From positions 39,780 through 103,779 of the forward strand of contig CAWJRT010000016.1 in the NCBI GenBank assembly GCA_963845325.1: a stretch of 64,000 bases of DNA, read 5' to 3'. The position numbers and the translations under genes were made by a program. How positions within the stretch are numbered: the stretch's first letter is position 1; each line of letters starts with the position of its first letter. Source of the DNA: an uncultured Spirochaetota bacterium (GTDB taxonomy: Bacteria > Spirochaetota > Spirochaetia > SZUA-6 > Fen-1364). Positions 11,268-21,437 of this stretch are shown piece after piece. The notes under the pieces are model-generated. The model searched no databases, was not told the origin of the DNA, and was given only the letters and a program-made list of their open reading frames with translations.

Positions 11268-13527
11268 TCACCTCACCTCGAAGCGCACCCGGTCCCGTCC
11301 GGCGGGACTGGCCGCAATGATCTCGTGGGTCCCCCGGGGCAACGGTACCTGGAGGCCGGAAAGTCCCTGCCCGGGGGAGGCGCGCTTTCCATCGATGACC
11401 ACCTCCACCTCCCGCGCATCCCGAGCCGCAATGGACACGGGAATGCCCTGGGCGCCGCTCCGCAGGGTCTCGTCCCGGTACATGACCTGGTCGTTCACTG
11501 GAAAGAGAATCCGCACCGACTCGCCGCTCGCAAGAAGGCTGTTCAACAGGAGGTCTCCCCGCTGAAAGGGGTTCGCATGCCAGCCGCAGGGAGGCGGAAC
11601 TTCCGCCGCGCTCCTGAAGTACTCCGTGCGCGTCGAGTCACAGGCGGGCGTGGCCCCCAGTCCGGTAACCGTGCAGATCCGGGCGGCCGCGACGCGCGCG
11701 GGAGGCTGGAAGTCGCGCGCGGCCCGCGGCTGCGGATGCTCCTCGGAGAGCCGGGTGAGGATGTCGGAGACGATCTGCGTGGGCACGATGCTGCCCGTCT
11801 TGTTGATCACCGCCCTGCCGTCGAAGTTCCCCGCCCAGGCCCCCACGGTGAAGCGCGGCGTTGCGCCGACGCACCAGAGGTTGGTGAACTCGCTGGAGGT
11901 CCCGGATTTGAACATCGAGGGAATGCCGTCCTGAAATAGGTGCGGGTTCCGAATCCCGTGGCCCGGGCCGAGGGGTCCGAGAGGATGCTGCAGATCATCC
12001 AGGCGGAGAACGGATCGAACACCCTTCGCAGCGCCGGGCGCTGCTCCTTCGGTAAGCGCGAGGTCAGCCAGGGTGCCCCCGCGGGGGAAAACGCTGAATG
12101 CGTGGACGAGCTCCACCAGTGAGACCTCCGCGTTTCCGATCGCAGTGCCCAGGCCGAACCGCGCCGCGGCGTCCGCCGGCAGGGTGAAGCCCAGGTCGCG
12201 AAGGGTTGCCAGGAAGACCGGCAGGCCCAGGCGCGAGGCCGTGTACACGGCGGGCACGTTCAGAGAGCTGGCCAGCGCGGTGCGCAGCCGCACCACGCCG
12301 TGGCTGCGCTTGTCGAAGTTCTCGGGGCTGTAGGATTCCTCGTCGGCCGGCCCGAAAACGACCGGCACGTCCGGCAGAAGCGTTGCGGCGGTCCAGCCCT
12401 TCTCGATTGCGCGCGCGTACAGAAACGGCTTCAGCGTCGAAGCGCTCTGACGGCGGATGAGCGCCCCGTCGATCTGGCCCGAATGAGCCGCGTCGTTGAA
12501 ATCGCGGGAGCCGACCCACCCGATGACCGCCCCCGTTGAATTGTCAATGGCTACCACGGCCGCATTGGTGACGCGCGCTTCAGAATAGCGGGAGAGGATG
12601 AAGCGGACGCGCGCCTCGATGTCGTGGTTGAGCCCGAGGTCCAGCGTCGTGCGAACGACGCCTCCGGATGAGCGCAGGCGCCCCGCCGCGAGCTCGGCCT
12701 GGACGTAGCGGACAAAATGCGGGGCATCGCCCGCGGGACGCGCCCGTGCGCGCGCGCCATTGACCGCCGCCTCGATTTCGCCCGGGCCTATCCCGAGGCG
12801 CTTCCGCTCATCCAGGTCGCGCGCCGCTGCGATGAGCCGCGGTGCATGATCAAAGGGATCATAGACCGTGGGGTTGCGCGGAATGATGGCCAGCACGAGG
12901 AGCTGCGCGCGGGTCAGGTGAGAAAGATCCGTGGCGAAATAGGTCCATGCCGCCGCCCCCGACGCCCAGCGTGTTCCTGCCGAAGGGCACGTGGTCCAGG
13001 TACTCGGTGAGGATCTGGTCTTTTGTCAGCCGGGACTCGATCCGCAGTGCCCACCATGCCTCGACGATCTTTCCGGCCATGCTTCGGGCGCGGGGCTCGA
13101 CCAGCCGGGCAAGCTGCATCGTGATGGTGGAAGCACCTGACCGCGCGCCGGGTGACAGGGCCCTGTCCGCGATGGCGCGCAGCGTTGCCAGCGGGTCGAC
13201 ACCGGGGTGGCGGCGGAACCGGGAATCCTCGAGGGTGACGAACATCTGCGCGCATTCCGCGGGAATTCCCGAGCCTCCCTCGCGGAGCTGGAACGCACCG
13301 CCGGGGCCCGACATGGCGGAAAGAAAGGTCCCCGAGCTGTCCGTGATGCGTGATCCGGAAGGGTCTGCCAGGAAAGCATCGAGCTCCGGCATCGGCATGA
13401 GCAAGAGCACAGCTGTCAGGAGCGCGGGGATGCCGATGAGCAGCAAAGCCCGGATGGCAGCGAGCCGCGCGCCCGGAAGCGCGGGGCCCGGCTTCAGTCC
13501 GGCGTCCGTGCCTTCGAGCGCAGCCAC
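11268..13527 (-). CDS. pbpC: Penicillin-binding protein 1C (transglycosylase + transpeptidase + C-terminal PBP1C domain), with one frameshift at ~12900.
   Basis: ORF 12859..13527 carries the GT51 motifs (FRRHPGVDP...GASTITMQLARL). ORF 11268..12896 carries the transpeptidase motifs (STLKPF, KSGTS) and a BiPBP_C-like tail. Confidence 0.85.
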
Positions 13528-14416
13528 GCGAAAAGCCTTTCGCCGTAGAGCATGAACGCCAGCCCGACTATTGCAATGGGCACGCCAAGGGCGAGGAACG
13601 GAGTCGGTGTCTCGGCTGCCAGCAGAAGGCCGAGCACCAGCGCAATGATCGGGTTCACCAGGGCGTAGCTCACCAGCCGCTCGGCCGGCTCCACCCCACG
13701 AGATAGGTGTACGCGCTGAAAGCGGCGGATCCGATCACGCCGAGGTACAGCACGCCCACGATGGACAGCAGGGACGCCGAGGCCAGCACGGGACCCGGCG
13801 CAGGTCCGATGACGGCGCACACCAGGAGGCTCACGATGCCCACAAACAGCATCTGTATCCCGCTGTTCAGGGTGGTGTCCCCGCTCACCGGGAATCGGTG
13901 GCCAAGGCTCGTTGCCAGCCCCCAGGACAGGACCCCTCCCGCGCCGATGAGCACGGAGGCGTTCAAAGTCGTCCGCAGCGAGTGGCCGTTGTAGAGAAGC
14001 ACGGCCACCCCGGCCAGCCCGAAGACAACTCCCAGGATCCGCGCGGCGGTGAGGCTCTTGCGCAGCAGCAGGGAATCGAAAACCGCCACCACGAGGGGTG
14101 TGGACGATGCGAGCAGCGCGGCCAGGTAGCTGTCGACATTGCGTTCGGCGATGGTTATCCCGCCGTTGCCCAGGAGAATGAGCAGGATTCCGAGGACGAT
14201 GGAAGAGAGGACGCTGCGCAGGGAAGGAAGCTTCTTCAGGCTCCCCCTGCCGGCAGCCACGGCCAGGAGGAGACCGCCGCCGATCAGCCAGCGGAAGGCC
14301 ATGACCCACATCGGCGGGATTGTCAGCACGGACTGGCGGATGAAGAAATACGTGGATCCCCAGACGACGTAGATGGTGGCGTAGCTTGCGATGACAAGAC
14401 CCGGCTGGCGCTTCAT
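13497..14416 (-). CDS. EamA/DMT-family transporter, with one frameshift at ~13680.
   Basis: It has ten predicted TM helices and two EamA-like halves. The parts are in ORFs 13670..14608 (start MKRQPGLVIAS) and 13494..14309. Confidence 0.7.
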
Positions 14417-14495
14417 CGGTGAATCACCGACCCACTTTCTACCATTTTTCCTCCGCCCATTGACATCCCCTCCCCCTCCCCGTACCTTGGGGGGC

Positions 14496-16283
14496 ATGAC
14501 GGGCAGCGAGCTGAGGCGCAAATACATCGATTTCTTCAAGGGAAAAGGGCATGCCGAGATCTCCGGCAAGTCCCTGATCCCCGAGAACGATCCGACGGTT
14601 CTCTTCACGACAGCGGGAATGCATCCCCTCGTCCCCTATATCCTCGGCGAGCCGCACCCGGCGGGAAGGCGGCTGGTGGACTGCCAGAAATGCGTCCGTA
14701 CGGACGACATCGACGAGGTGGGCGACACGGCGCACCTCACGTTTTTCGAGATGCTCGGCAACTGGTCGCTCGGAGACTATTTCAAGGAAGACGCCATTGC
14801 CTTCAGCTACGAGTTTCTCACGTCTCCGAGGTGGCTCGGTTTTTCCCCGGATCTCCTCTCCGTCACCGTGTTCGCCGGGGACGCCGAAGTCCCGCCCGAC
14901 AACGAGGCGGCGGCGGCCTGGAAATCAGTGGGCATCCCGGACAGCCGCATTCACTTCCTCGGCCGCAAGGACAACTGGTGGGGACCCGCCGGGCAGACCG
15001 GGCCGTGCGGTCCGGACACCGAAATGTTCATCGACACCCGTCTTCCCCCCTGCGGGCCTGACTGCAAGCCCGGATGCCACTGCGGGAAGTACATCGAGGT
15101 GTGGAACGACGTGTTCATGCAGTACAACAAGACGGCGGAGGGAAGCTACCTGCCGCTTGCCCAGAAGACGGTGGACACGGGCATGGGCGTGGACAGGACG
15201 CTGGCGATGTTCCAGGGGAAGAAAAGCGTTTTCGAGACGGAGCTGTTCTGGCCCGTCATCGAGCGGCTCCAGGAAATTTCCGGCAGGCGCTACTCCGCGG
15301 AGCCGGCCGTCGACATCTCGTTCAGGATCATCTCCGATCACCTTCGCTCCTCGGTGTTCATCATCGGTGATGACCGAGGGGTGAAGCCATCCAACCTCGG
15401 CCAGGGTTATATCCTGCGCCGGCTCATTCGACGGGCGATCCGGCATGCGCGGAAGATCGGCCTGGACGGCGACTTCCTCGGGCCGCTGTCGGGGAAGGTC
15501 GTCGCCATCTACGAGGACTTCTACCCGGAGCTCCGAGAGCGCGCGGAAATGATTGCCACGGAGCTTACGCAGGAAGAGGCACGGTTCTCCGACACTCTCC
15601 AGAAAGGCGAGCACGAGTTCGAGAAACTGCTTCCCAACCTCATGAAGAATCCCCAGAAAGTGATCCCGGGCCGCGTTGCATTCCGCTTGTACGACACCTA
15701 CGGCTTTCCCATCGAGATCACGGAAGAGCTTGCCCGCGAGCACGGCATGAGCGTGGACAGGAAAGGTTTCGAGGAGGCCTTCGAGAAGCACCAGGAGCTG
15801 TCCAAGGCGGGAGCCGAGAAGACTTTCAAGGGGGGGCTGGCGGACCATTCCGAAATGACCACGCGGCTGCACACGGCAACGCACCTCCTTCACCAGGCGC
15901 TTCGCACCGTCCTCGGCCCCCATGTCGCCCAGAAGGGCTCAAACATCACCGTGGAACGGCTGCGGTTCGATTTCGTGCATCCGAAGCCGATGTCGGAAGA
16001 GGAAGTCCGGAAAGTCGAGGCCATCGTCAACGAGCAGATCGGGCGGAACCTTCCCGTGAGCATGGAAATCCTGACCCTCGAGCAGGCGCGGGCCGCGGGC
16101 GCCATTGCCCTGTTCGGCGAGAAGTACCAGGAAAAAGTGAAGGTCTACACCATCGGAGATTTTTCGAAGGAAGTCTGCGGGGGCCCCCACGTGGAGAACA
16201 CCGGGGTGCTGGGAAAGTTCGTCATCCAGAAGGAGCAATCGTCTTCTGCGGGCGTGAGGCGGATCAGGGCGGTGCTGGAATAG
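14496..16283 (+). CDS. alaS: Alanine--tRNA ligase, short form. It ends just after the editing domain and lacks the C-Ala domain.
   Basis: It has the class II catalytic core (FTTAGMHPLVPY, QKCVRTDDIDEVGDTAHLTFFEMLGNWS), editing-domain HxxxH (HTATHLLH) and CGGPHV motifs, and terminates at GVRRIRAVLE*. The length is 595 aa against ~870 aa for canonical AlaRS. Confidence 0.9.
   Translation: MTGSELRRKYIDFFKGKGHAEISGKSLIPENDPTVLFTTAGMHPLVPYILGEPHPAGRRLVDCQKCVRTDDIDEVGDTAHLTFFEMLGNWSLGDYFKEDAIAFSYEFLTSPRWLGFSPDLLSVTVFAGDAEVPPDNEAAAAWKSVGIPDSRIHFLGRKDNWWGPAGQTGPCGPDTEMFIDTRLPPCGPDCKPGCHCGKYIEVWNDVFMQYNKTAEGSYLPLAQKTVDTGMGVDRTLAMFQGKKSVFETELFWPVIERLQEISGRRYSAEPAVDISFRIISDHLRSSVFIIGDDRGVKPSNLGQGYILRRLIRRAIRHARKIGLDGDFLGPLSGKVVAIYEDFYPELRERAEMIATELTQEEARFSDTLQKGEHEFEKLLPNLMKNPQKVIPGRVAFRLYDTYGFPIEITEELAREHGMSVDRKGFEEAFEKHQELSKAGAEKTFKGGLADHSEMTTRLHTATHLLHQALRTVLGPHVAQKGSNITVERLRFDFVHPKPMSEEEVRKVEAIVNEQIGRNLPVSMEILTLEQARAAGAIALFGEKYQEKVKVYTIGDFSKEVCGGPHVENTGVLGKFVIQKEQSSSAGVRRIRAVLE
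16218..16283. repeat. Direct repeat DR-L. This is the functional 3' end of alaS and the left boundary of the defence island.
   Basis: ttcgtcatccagaaggagcaatcgtcttctgcgggcgtgaggcggatcagggcggtgctggaatag aligns at ~80% identity, with an exact 23-mer ggcgtgaggcggatcagggcggt, to positions 24863-24930. Confidence 0.8.
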
Positions 16284-16325
16284 ATTGCGGTCGCCTTAGT
16301 CAGGCTGGAGCTTGACCGGGGATAC

Positions 16326-18443
16326 TTGTATAGTAGCTCTGTGAATCACAGTGAGGTAGTAAGTTTCATCTGGGGAGTCGCGGACCTCATCCGCGACACC
16401 TTCAAACGCGGCAAATACCAGGACGTGATTCTTCCCCTCACCGTGCTTCGCCGGCTTGACTGCGTGCTTGCGCCGACAAAGCAGAAGGTGCTCGCCAGAC
16501 AGGCGGAGCTGAAAAACAAGAAGCTCGAGAACCTCGACGGGATTCTCCGGACGGTGTCAGGCTTCGCCTTCTACAACACCTCCCGCTACGACTTCGAGAG
16601 ACTTCTTCAAGACGCTCAGCATCTTGCGGCCAATATTCGAAACAACATCGCCGGCTTCAGCCAGAACATGCGCGAGGTGTTGGAGAAGTTCGACTTCGAC
16701 AACACTATCAGCAAGCTCGATGAGGCGGGACTTCTTTTCCAGGTGCTGGAGAGATTCAAGAACGTCGATCTGCATCCTGATAAGATCGACAACCCGACCA
16801 TGGGCACAATCTTCGAAGAGCTCATCCGCAAGTTCAATGAGGCTCTGAATGAAAATCCCGGTGAGCACTTTACCCCCCGCGACGTCGTTCACCTGATGGT
16901 TGACCTCATGATGGCAGGAGACGAAAAGGAGATTCGCGCGAAGAAAGCCATCCGCTCCGTATACGACCCGTGTTGTGGATCGGGTGGCATGCTCATGATC
17001 GCCAAAGAACACGTGACCATCGGGCTTCGGAAAAACGGCGGCCTCCTTCGTCCCCCGATCAACAGCAGTGCAGAGATCTACCTCTTCGGCCAGGAGGTGA
17101 ACCCGGAGACCTGGGCTGTTTCGAAGTCAGACCTTTTCATGAAGGACCCGACGGGGCGTGATGCTGACAACATCATGTATGGCAGCACACTTTCGAACGA
17201 TCGCCACTCCGGACACCAGTTCGACTACCTGATCGCCAATCCGCCCTACGGCAAGGATTGGAAGCGTGACGAGGAGGCAGTCCGCGCCGAGCACGAACGC
17301 GGCGCCTCCGGGCGTTTCGGGCCGGGACTGCCGCGGATCAGCGACGGTCAGCTTCTCTTTCTCCTTCACATGCTCTCCCATGCAAAGGAACCAAAAGAAG
17401 GCGGCTCCCGAATTGCGATAATCATGAACGGGTCTCCGCTCTTTACGGGGGACGCCGGAAGCGGTGAAAGCGAAATCCGAAGGTTCATTCTGGAGAACGA
17501 TCTTCTGGAAGCAATGATCGCGCTTCCTGAGCAGCTCTTTTATAACACCGGCATCGCCACCTACATCTGGGTGGTCACGAACCGGAAGGCGGCGAAGCGC
17601 CGTGGCATGGTTCAGCTCATTGATGCCTCGTCCTTCTGGGTACAGATGCGAAAGACCCTGGGGGACAAACGCCGCGAAATTCCTTTGGAGCGTGCCCAGG
17701 ACATCCTGAGAATACTTGCCGACTTCAAAGACGGAGATACACGGGAAGATCTTGTCGTCAGCCGGATATTCCCCACCACGCACTTCGGTTTTAGAAAGAT
17801 AACGGTCGAGCGGCCGTTAAGGCTGAGCTTCCAGGCAACCCCGGAGCGGATCGCCCGGCTTGAGGATGAGAAGGCATTCATCGCACTTGCGCAAACGAAA
17901 AAGAAAGGCGCGGCAGGCGTAAAAGAACAGATGGACGGGCGTGCCGAACAGGAAGCAGTCCGCGCGCTTGTCAATTCGATGCCGAGCACACTCTTCAGGG
18001 ACCGCAGTGAGCTCGAACGCGCGCTCGACGACGTGGCCGGCACGCAAGGGATGAAGCCGGCGGCGCCGCTGAAGAAGGCCATCCTTTCCGCGCTCTCCGA
18101 ACGTGATGAGACGGCCGCCATTTGCCTCGACAAGGAGGGCCATCCCGAACCCGACCCGGAGTTGAGGGACACGGAGAGCGTGCCGCTCTCAGAGAGCGTC
18201 GAGGCTTTCTTTGAGCGCGAGGTGACGCCGCACGTACCGGATGCGTGGATCGACAAGAACAAGCGCGATCCGAAGGATGGCGAAGTCGGTCTTGTCGGCT
18301 ACGAGATCAACTTCAACCGCTACTTCTATCGCTATACCCCGCCTCGTCCGCTGGAGGACATCGAGGCCGATATTCGAGGCATCGAGACGGACATTGTGAG
18401 AATGTTGGCCGAGGTCACGGGAAGCGCGACTCGATCAAAATAA
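16326..18443 (+). CDS. hsdM: Type I restriction-modification system N6-adenine DNA methyltransferase subunit HsdM (long form, ~705 aa).
   Basis: It has the HsdM N-terminal domain (VSFIWGVADLIRDTFKRGKYQDVILPLTVLRRLD), the AdoMet motif DPCCGSGGML and the catalytic NPPY (LIANPPYG). The start is a TTG/GTG near 16326. Confidence 0.9.
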   Translation: MYSSSVNHSEVVSFIWGVADLIRDTFKRGKYQDVILPLTVLRRLDCVLAPTKQKVLARQAELKNKKLENLDGILRTVSGFAFYNTSRYDFERLLQDAQHLAANIRNNIAGFSQNMREVLEKFDFDNTISKLDEAGLLFQVLERFKNVDLHPDKIDNPTMGTIFEELIRKFNEALNENPGEHFTPRDVVHLMVDLMMAGDEKEIRAKKAIRSVYDPCCGSGGMLMIAKEHVTIGLRKNGGLLRPPINSSAEIYLFGQEVNPETWAVSKSDLFMKDPTGRDADNIMYGSTLSNDRHSGHQFDYLIANPPYGKDWKRDEEAVRAEHERGASGRFGPGLPRISDGQLLFLLHMLSHAKEPKEGGSRIAIIMNGSPLFTGDAGSGESEIRRFILENDLLEAMIALPEQLFYNTGIATYIWVVTNRKAAKRRGMVQLIDASSFWVQMRKTLGDKRREIPLERAQDILRILADFKDGDTREDLVVSRIFPTTHFGFRKITVERPLRLSFQATPERIARLEDEKAFIALAQTKKKGAAGVKEQMDGRAEQEAVRALVNSMPSTLFRDRSELERALDDVAGTQGMKPAAPLKKAILSALSERDETAAICLDKEGHPEPDPELRDTESVPLSESVEAFFEREVTPHVPDAWIDKNKRDPKDGEVGLVGYEINFNRYFYRYTPPRPLEDIEADIRGIETDIVRMLAEVTGSATRSK

Positions 18444-18453
18444 ATGTCGGCAC

Positions 18454-18482
18454 TTGACAGCAAATGTCAACTTTTATTATAA
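18454..18482 (+). promoter_or_regulatory. Near-consensus sigma70 promoter with an overlapping palindromic operator upstream of abiEi.
   Basis: TTGACA (18454-18459), a 17-nt spacer, then TATAAT (18477-18482). The -35 hexamer belongs to the perfect palindrome TTGACAgcaaaTGTCAA (18454-18470), and aaatgtc is directly repeated at 18442 and 18462. Confidence 0.6.
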
Positions 18483-18502
18483 TCCCGCCGTGAATCCTCA
18501 GG

Positions 18503-19096
18503 ATGACTCCGGCCAAACTGAAGGCGGCCGGAATCGGGGCCTTCTTCCGACCACGTGACCTCGAACCGCTGGAAATAACGTTCGCTGAGCTCCAGCGTCT
18601 TGTTGCAAGCGGCATAGTGGAGAAACTGGGGCGTGGCAGGTACCGGCTTGCGCAGATCGCGCCCAACGAGTTCGAGAGCGTCGCCATGGTGTGTTCGACC
18701 GTCCCTCGCGGCATCGTCTGTCTCCTCTCGGCTCTTCGCATGCATGAAATAGGAACACAATCGCCCCATGAGGTGTGGCTGGCACTCGACCGTAAGGCTC
18801 GAAAGCCAACTCGCTTGCCGGCACAGGTGCGCATCGTCCGCTTTTCCGGACCAATGCTGAGCTATGGCATCCATACCAGGGATATCCTCGGTGTCCCGGT
18901 CCGGCTCACTTCTCCCGCGCGAACGGTGGTCGATTGTTTCCGGTATCGATCGAAGCTCGGAATTGACATTGCGATAGAAGCCCTTCGGGATGCCGTGCGT
19001 TCGCACAAAGCGACCGTCGACGAAATCGTTCGCGCGGCTGAGGTCTGCCGCGCCGGAACGGTTCTCCGCGCATACTTGGAAGCTTTGGAAACATGA
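18503..19096 (+). CDS. abiEi: AbiEi-family antitoxin / transcriptional regulator (type IV TA).
   Basis: A 197-aa protein with an N-terminal wHTH-like region and AbiEi_4-like architecture. It overlaps the downstream nucleotidyltransferase gene by 4 nt. Confidence 0.65.
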   Translation: MTPAKLKAAGIGAFFRPRDLEPLEITFAELQRLVASGIVEKLGRGRYRLAQIAPNEFESVAMVCSTVPRGIVCLLSALRMHEIGTQSPHEVWLALDRKARKPTRLPAQVRIVRFSGPMLSYGIHTRDILGVPVRLTSPARTVVDCFRYRSKLGIDIAIEALRDAVRSHKATVDEIVRAAEVCRAGTVLRAYLEALET

Positions 19097-20040
19097 AGAA
19101 GCGCCCGCCCGTGAATGTCGCGGCATCGGTGAGAGCCCGATTGCAGCAGTACGGGATGAACAAAGGTGAAGACTTCCTGTTCGTGCTTCAGCGCTACGCC
19201 TCCGAACGCTTCCTCTACCGGCTTGGCCGGTCAGCGCACCGAAACAGCTATGTCCTCAAAGGAGCCATGCTCTTCGCGCTTTGGGGCAGCTCCTTCTATC
19301 GTCCGACACGCGATCTCGATTTCACCGGCTACGGCAGCGCCGAGACGGGCGACGTCCTCGCGGAGGTGCGCGACGTGTGCGGCATTCGGGTGCAAGACGA
19401 TGGCCTGTTATTTGACCAAACAAGCCTGACCGCTGAGCCCATTCGCGATGACGCCGAATACCGGGGCCTTCGAATAAAACTACAGGCGACCCTAGGCAGA
19501 GCCCGCATTCAGATGCAGATAGATATCGGATTCGGCAACGCAATCGAACCGCCCGCCATTGATGTCGACTATCCGGCGCTGATTGGCTCGCCCGCCCCGT
19601 CCGTTCGAGCCTATCCTCAGGAAGCTGTTGTGGCAGAGAAGCTTCAAGCGATGGTCGCGCTCGGCGAGCGTAATAGTCGCTACAAGGACTTCTACGACCT
19701 CTGGATCCTGGCAGGACAATTCCCCTTTAATGGAGCACGCCTCAGCGGTGCAATAAATGCCACGTTCACCCGCCGAAGAACCGCGATTTCTGCTGCGCTT
19801 CCTGCCGGCCTCACTCCGCGGTTCTACGTTGATGACGCCCGTGCAGGGCAGTGGCGCGCATACCTGACGCGCAGCAAGGTGCCCGGTGCCCCGCCTGATT
19901 TCGCGGTTGTGGGGGAGTTGCTGCAGTCATTTATAGGCTCAGTGTGGCGGGCGCTGGCGGCGGGCGGCCCGTTCGCAGGCTCGTGGCCACCAGGCGGACC
20001 GTGGTCGCCAGGTCTGATGCACCAGGAGGCGTCGGAGTGA
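19093..20040 (+). CDS. abiEii: AbiEii-family toxin (DUF1814 nucleotidyltransferase).
   Basis: It has the NTase-fold motifs (LKGAMLFALWG...RPTRDLDF; IQMQIDIGFGN) typical of AbiEii/DUF1814. It follows abiEi with an ATGA overlap. Confidence 0.7.
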   Translation: MKKRPPVNVAASVRARLQQYGMNKGEDFLFVLQRYASERFLYRLGRSAHRNSYVLKGAMLFALWGSSFYRPTRDLDFTGYGSAETGDVLAEVRDVCGIRVQDDGLLFDQTSLTAEPIRDDAEYRGLRIKLQATLGRARIQMQIDIGFGNAIEPPAIDVDYPALIGSPAPSVRAYPQEAVVAEKLQAMVALGERNSRYKDFYDLWILAGQFPFNGARLSGAINATFTRRRTAISAALPAGLTPRFYVDDARAGQWRAYLTRSKVPGAPPDFAVVGELLQSFIGSVWRALAAGGPFAGSWPPGGPWSPGLMHQEASE

Positions 20041-21437
20041 GCGAAGTGGGAAGCCCGGGCCTTGCTGGAGCAAAGCGCTACAAGCCGTATCCGGCGTACA
20101 AAGACTCAGGCGTGGAGTGGCTGGGGGAGATACCGGAGCACTGGGAAATGAAGAGGCTGAAAACACGGATCGTCCAATCCGGCAGGTGCACCGCCAGCAA
20201 GGAGAAATTGACTCACTGAAAGGCGAAGTACTTCCGTGCGTATGGCGCAAGGATATGGAGGCACTTGATCTCGATACCAAGGACAAAATAGAGTCAGGAC
20301 AGCTTCGCGACGAGTGCGACCAACCTTGTTTCCGTTGAAGATGATGTTATTGTCGCTAAGATCAGGCATTCTGGTTCATGGCAATCCCGGTTGCAATTGC
20401 GATGGTCTCGAAGTGGGCAGCTGCGAACCATGATCTTGCAGACGTTGATAACGCGAGCACATGGAGCTTGTCCCTGAGTCCTCTTTCTGCTGATCGCATG
20501 AGCGACACGCTGTTCGCTATGGAGAAGGAAGGCGTATGACGTTGCGGGCCTAGAAATGAGTCCAGATTGATTGCAAACACTCGCATGCACCAATACCGCA
20601 GCCACCGGAGCAGCGCGCGATCGTCGCTTTCCTCGATCGAGAGACGGCGAAGATCAGATGCGTTAGTAGCAGCAAACGAAACAGCTGATCGAACTGTTGC
20701 AGGAGAAGCGCGCTCGCCCAAATCACTCAAGCTGTGACCAAGGGTCTCGATCCGGATGCTCCCATGAAGGATTCCGGCGTCGAGTGGCTGGCTGACGATA
20801 CCGGAAAAATGGGAGAGTCAAGCGGTCTTAAGTATCTTTCCACTTTCGTCACCAGCGGCTCGAGAGGATGGGCAGATTACTATTCGGATGATGGCTCAAT
20901 ATTCTTCGCATTGGCAACCTGACAACAGATTCGATAGAAATAGATCTTGCAGACGTCCAGCATGTACACGCTCCTCGCGGCGCCGGAAAACGAAAGAATC
21001 CGCGTCCGAGCGTGTGATATTGTCATTTCCATCACAGCGTTGATAGGAGCAGTTGGTGTGGTGCCCGACGAGCATCGAGGAAGCGTTTCGTGAATCAGCA
21101 TCTGGCACTCGTGCGGCCTGTCACGCGAGCGCGTGAACCCGCGTTGGCTAGGCTATTCCATTCTGTCTGGATTTGGACACGCGCAACTGCACGAGGAGTT
21201 ATATGGCGGAACGAAGGACGGATTCGGACTCGAGGATATCCGAGCACTGACTGATCTTCGTGCCTCCGTCTATCAGTGCAAGAGCAAATTGTCACGAACT
21301 GGACGAAATGAACAGACAACACGACGCTCTTATCGCGGAAGGTCAAAGACGCCATCGAGCGCCTCAAAGAGCTTCGCACCGCCCTCATCTCCGCGGCAGT
21401 CACAGGCAAGATCGACGTGCGGGAGGAGGTTCCATGA
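20036..21437 (+). pseudogene. hsdS: Type I R-M specificity subunit HsdS. It is full length (~1.4 kb) but broken by several frameshifts and in-frame stops in the AT-richer target-recognition domains.
   Basis: TRD1 starts at [23 protein letters not shown] (20036-20219). The central conserved region PPEQRAIVAFLDRETAKI...ELLQEKRA(ALITQAVT)[17 protein letters not shown] is at 20590-20800. The C-terminal conserved LKELRTALISAAVTGKIDVREEV ends at 21437 and overlaps the hsdR ATG. No single frame is open. Confidence 0.6.
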
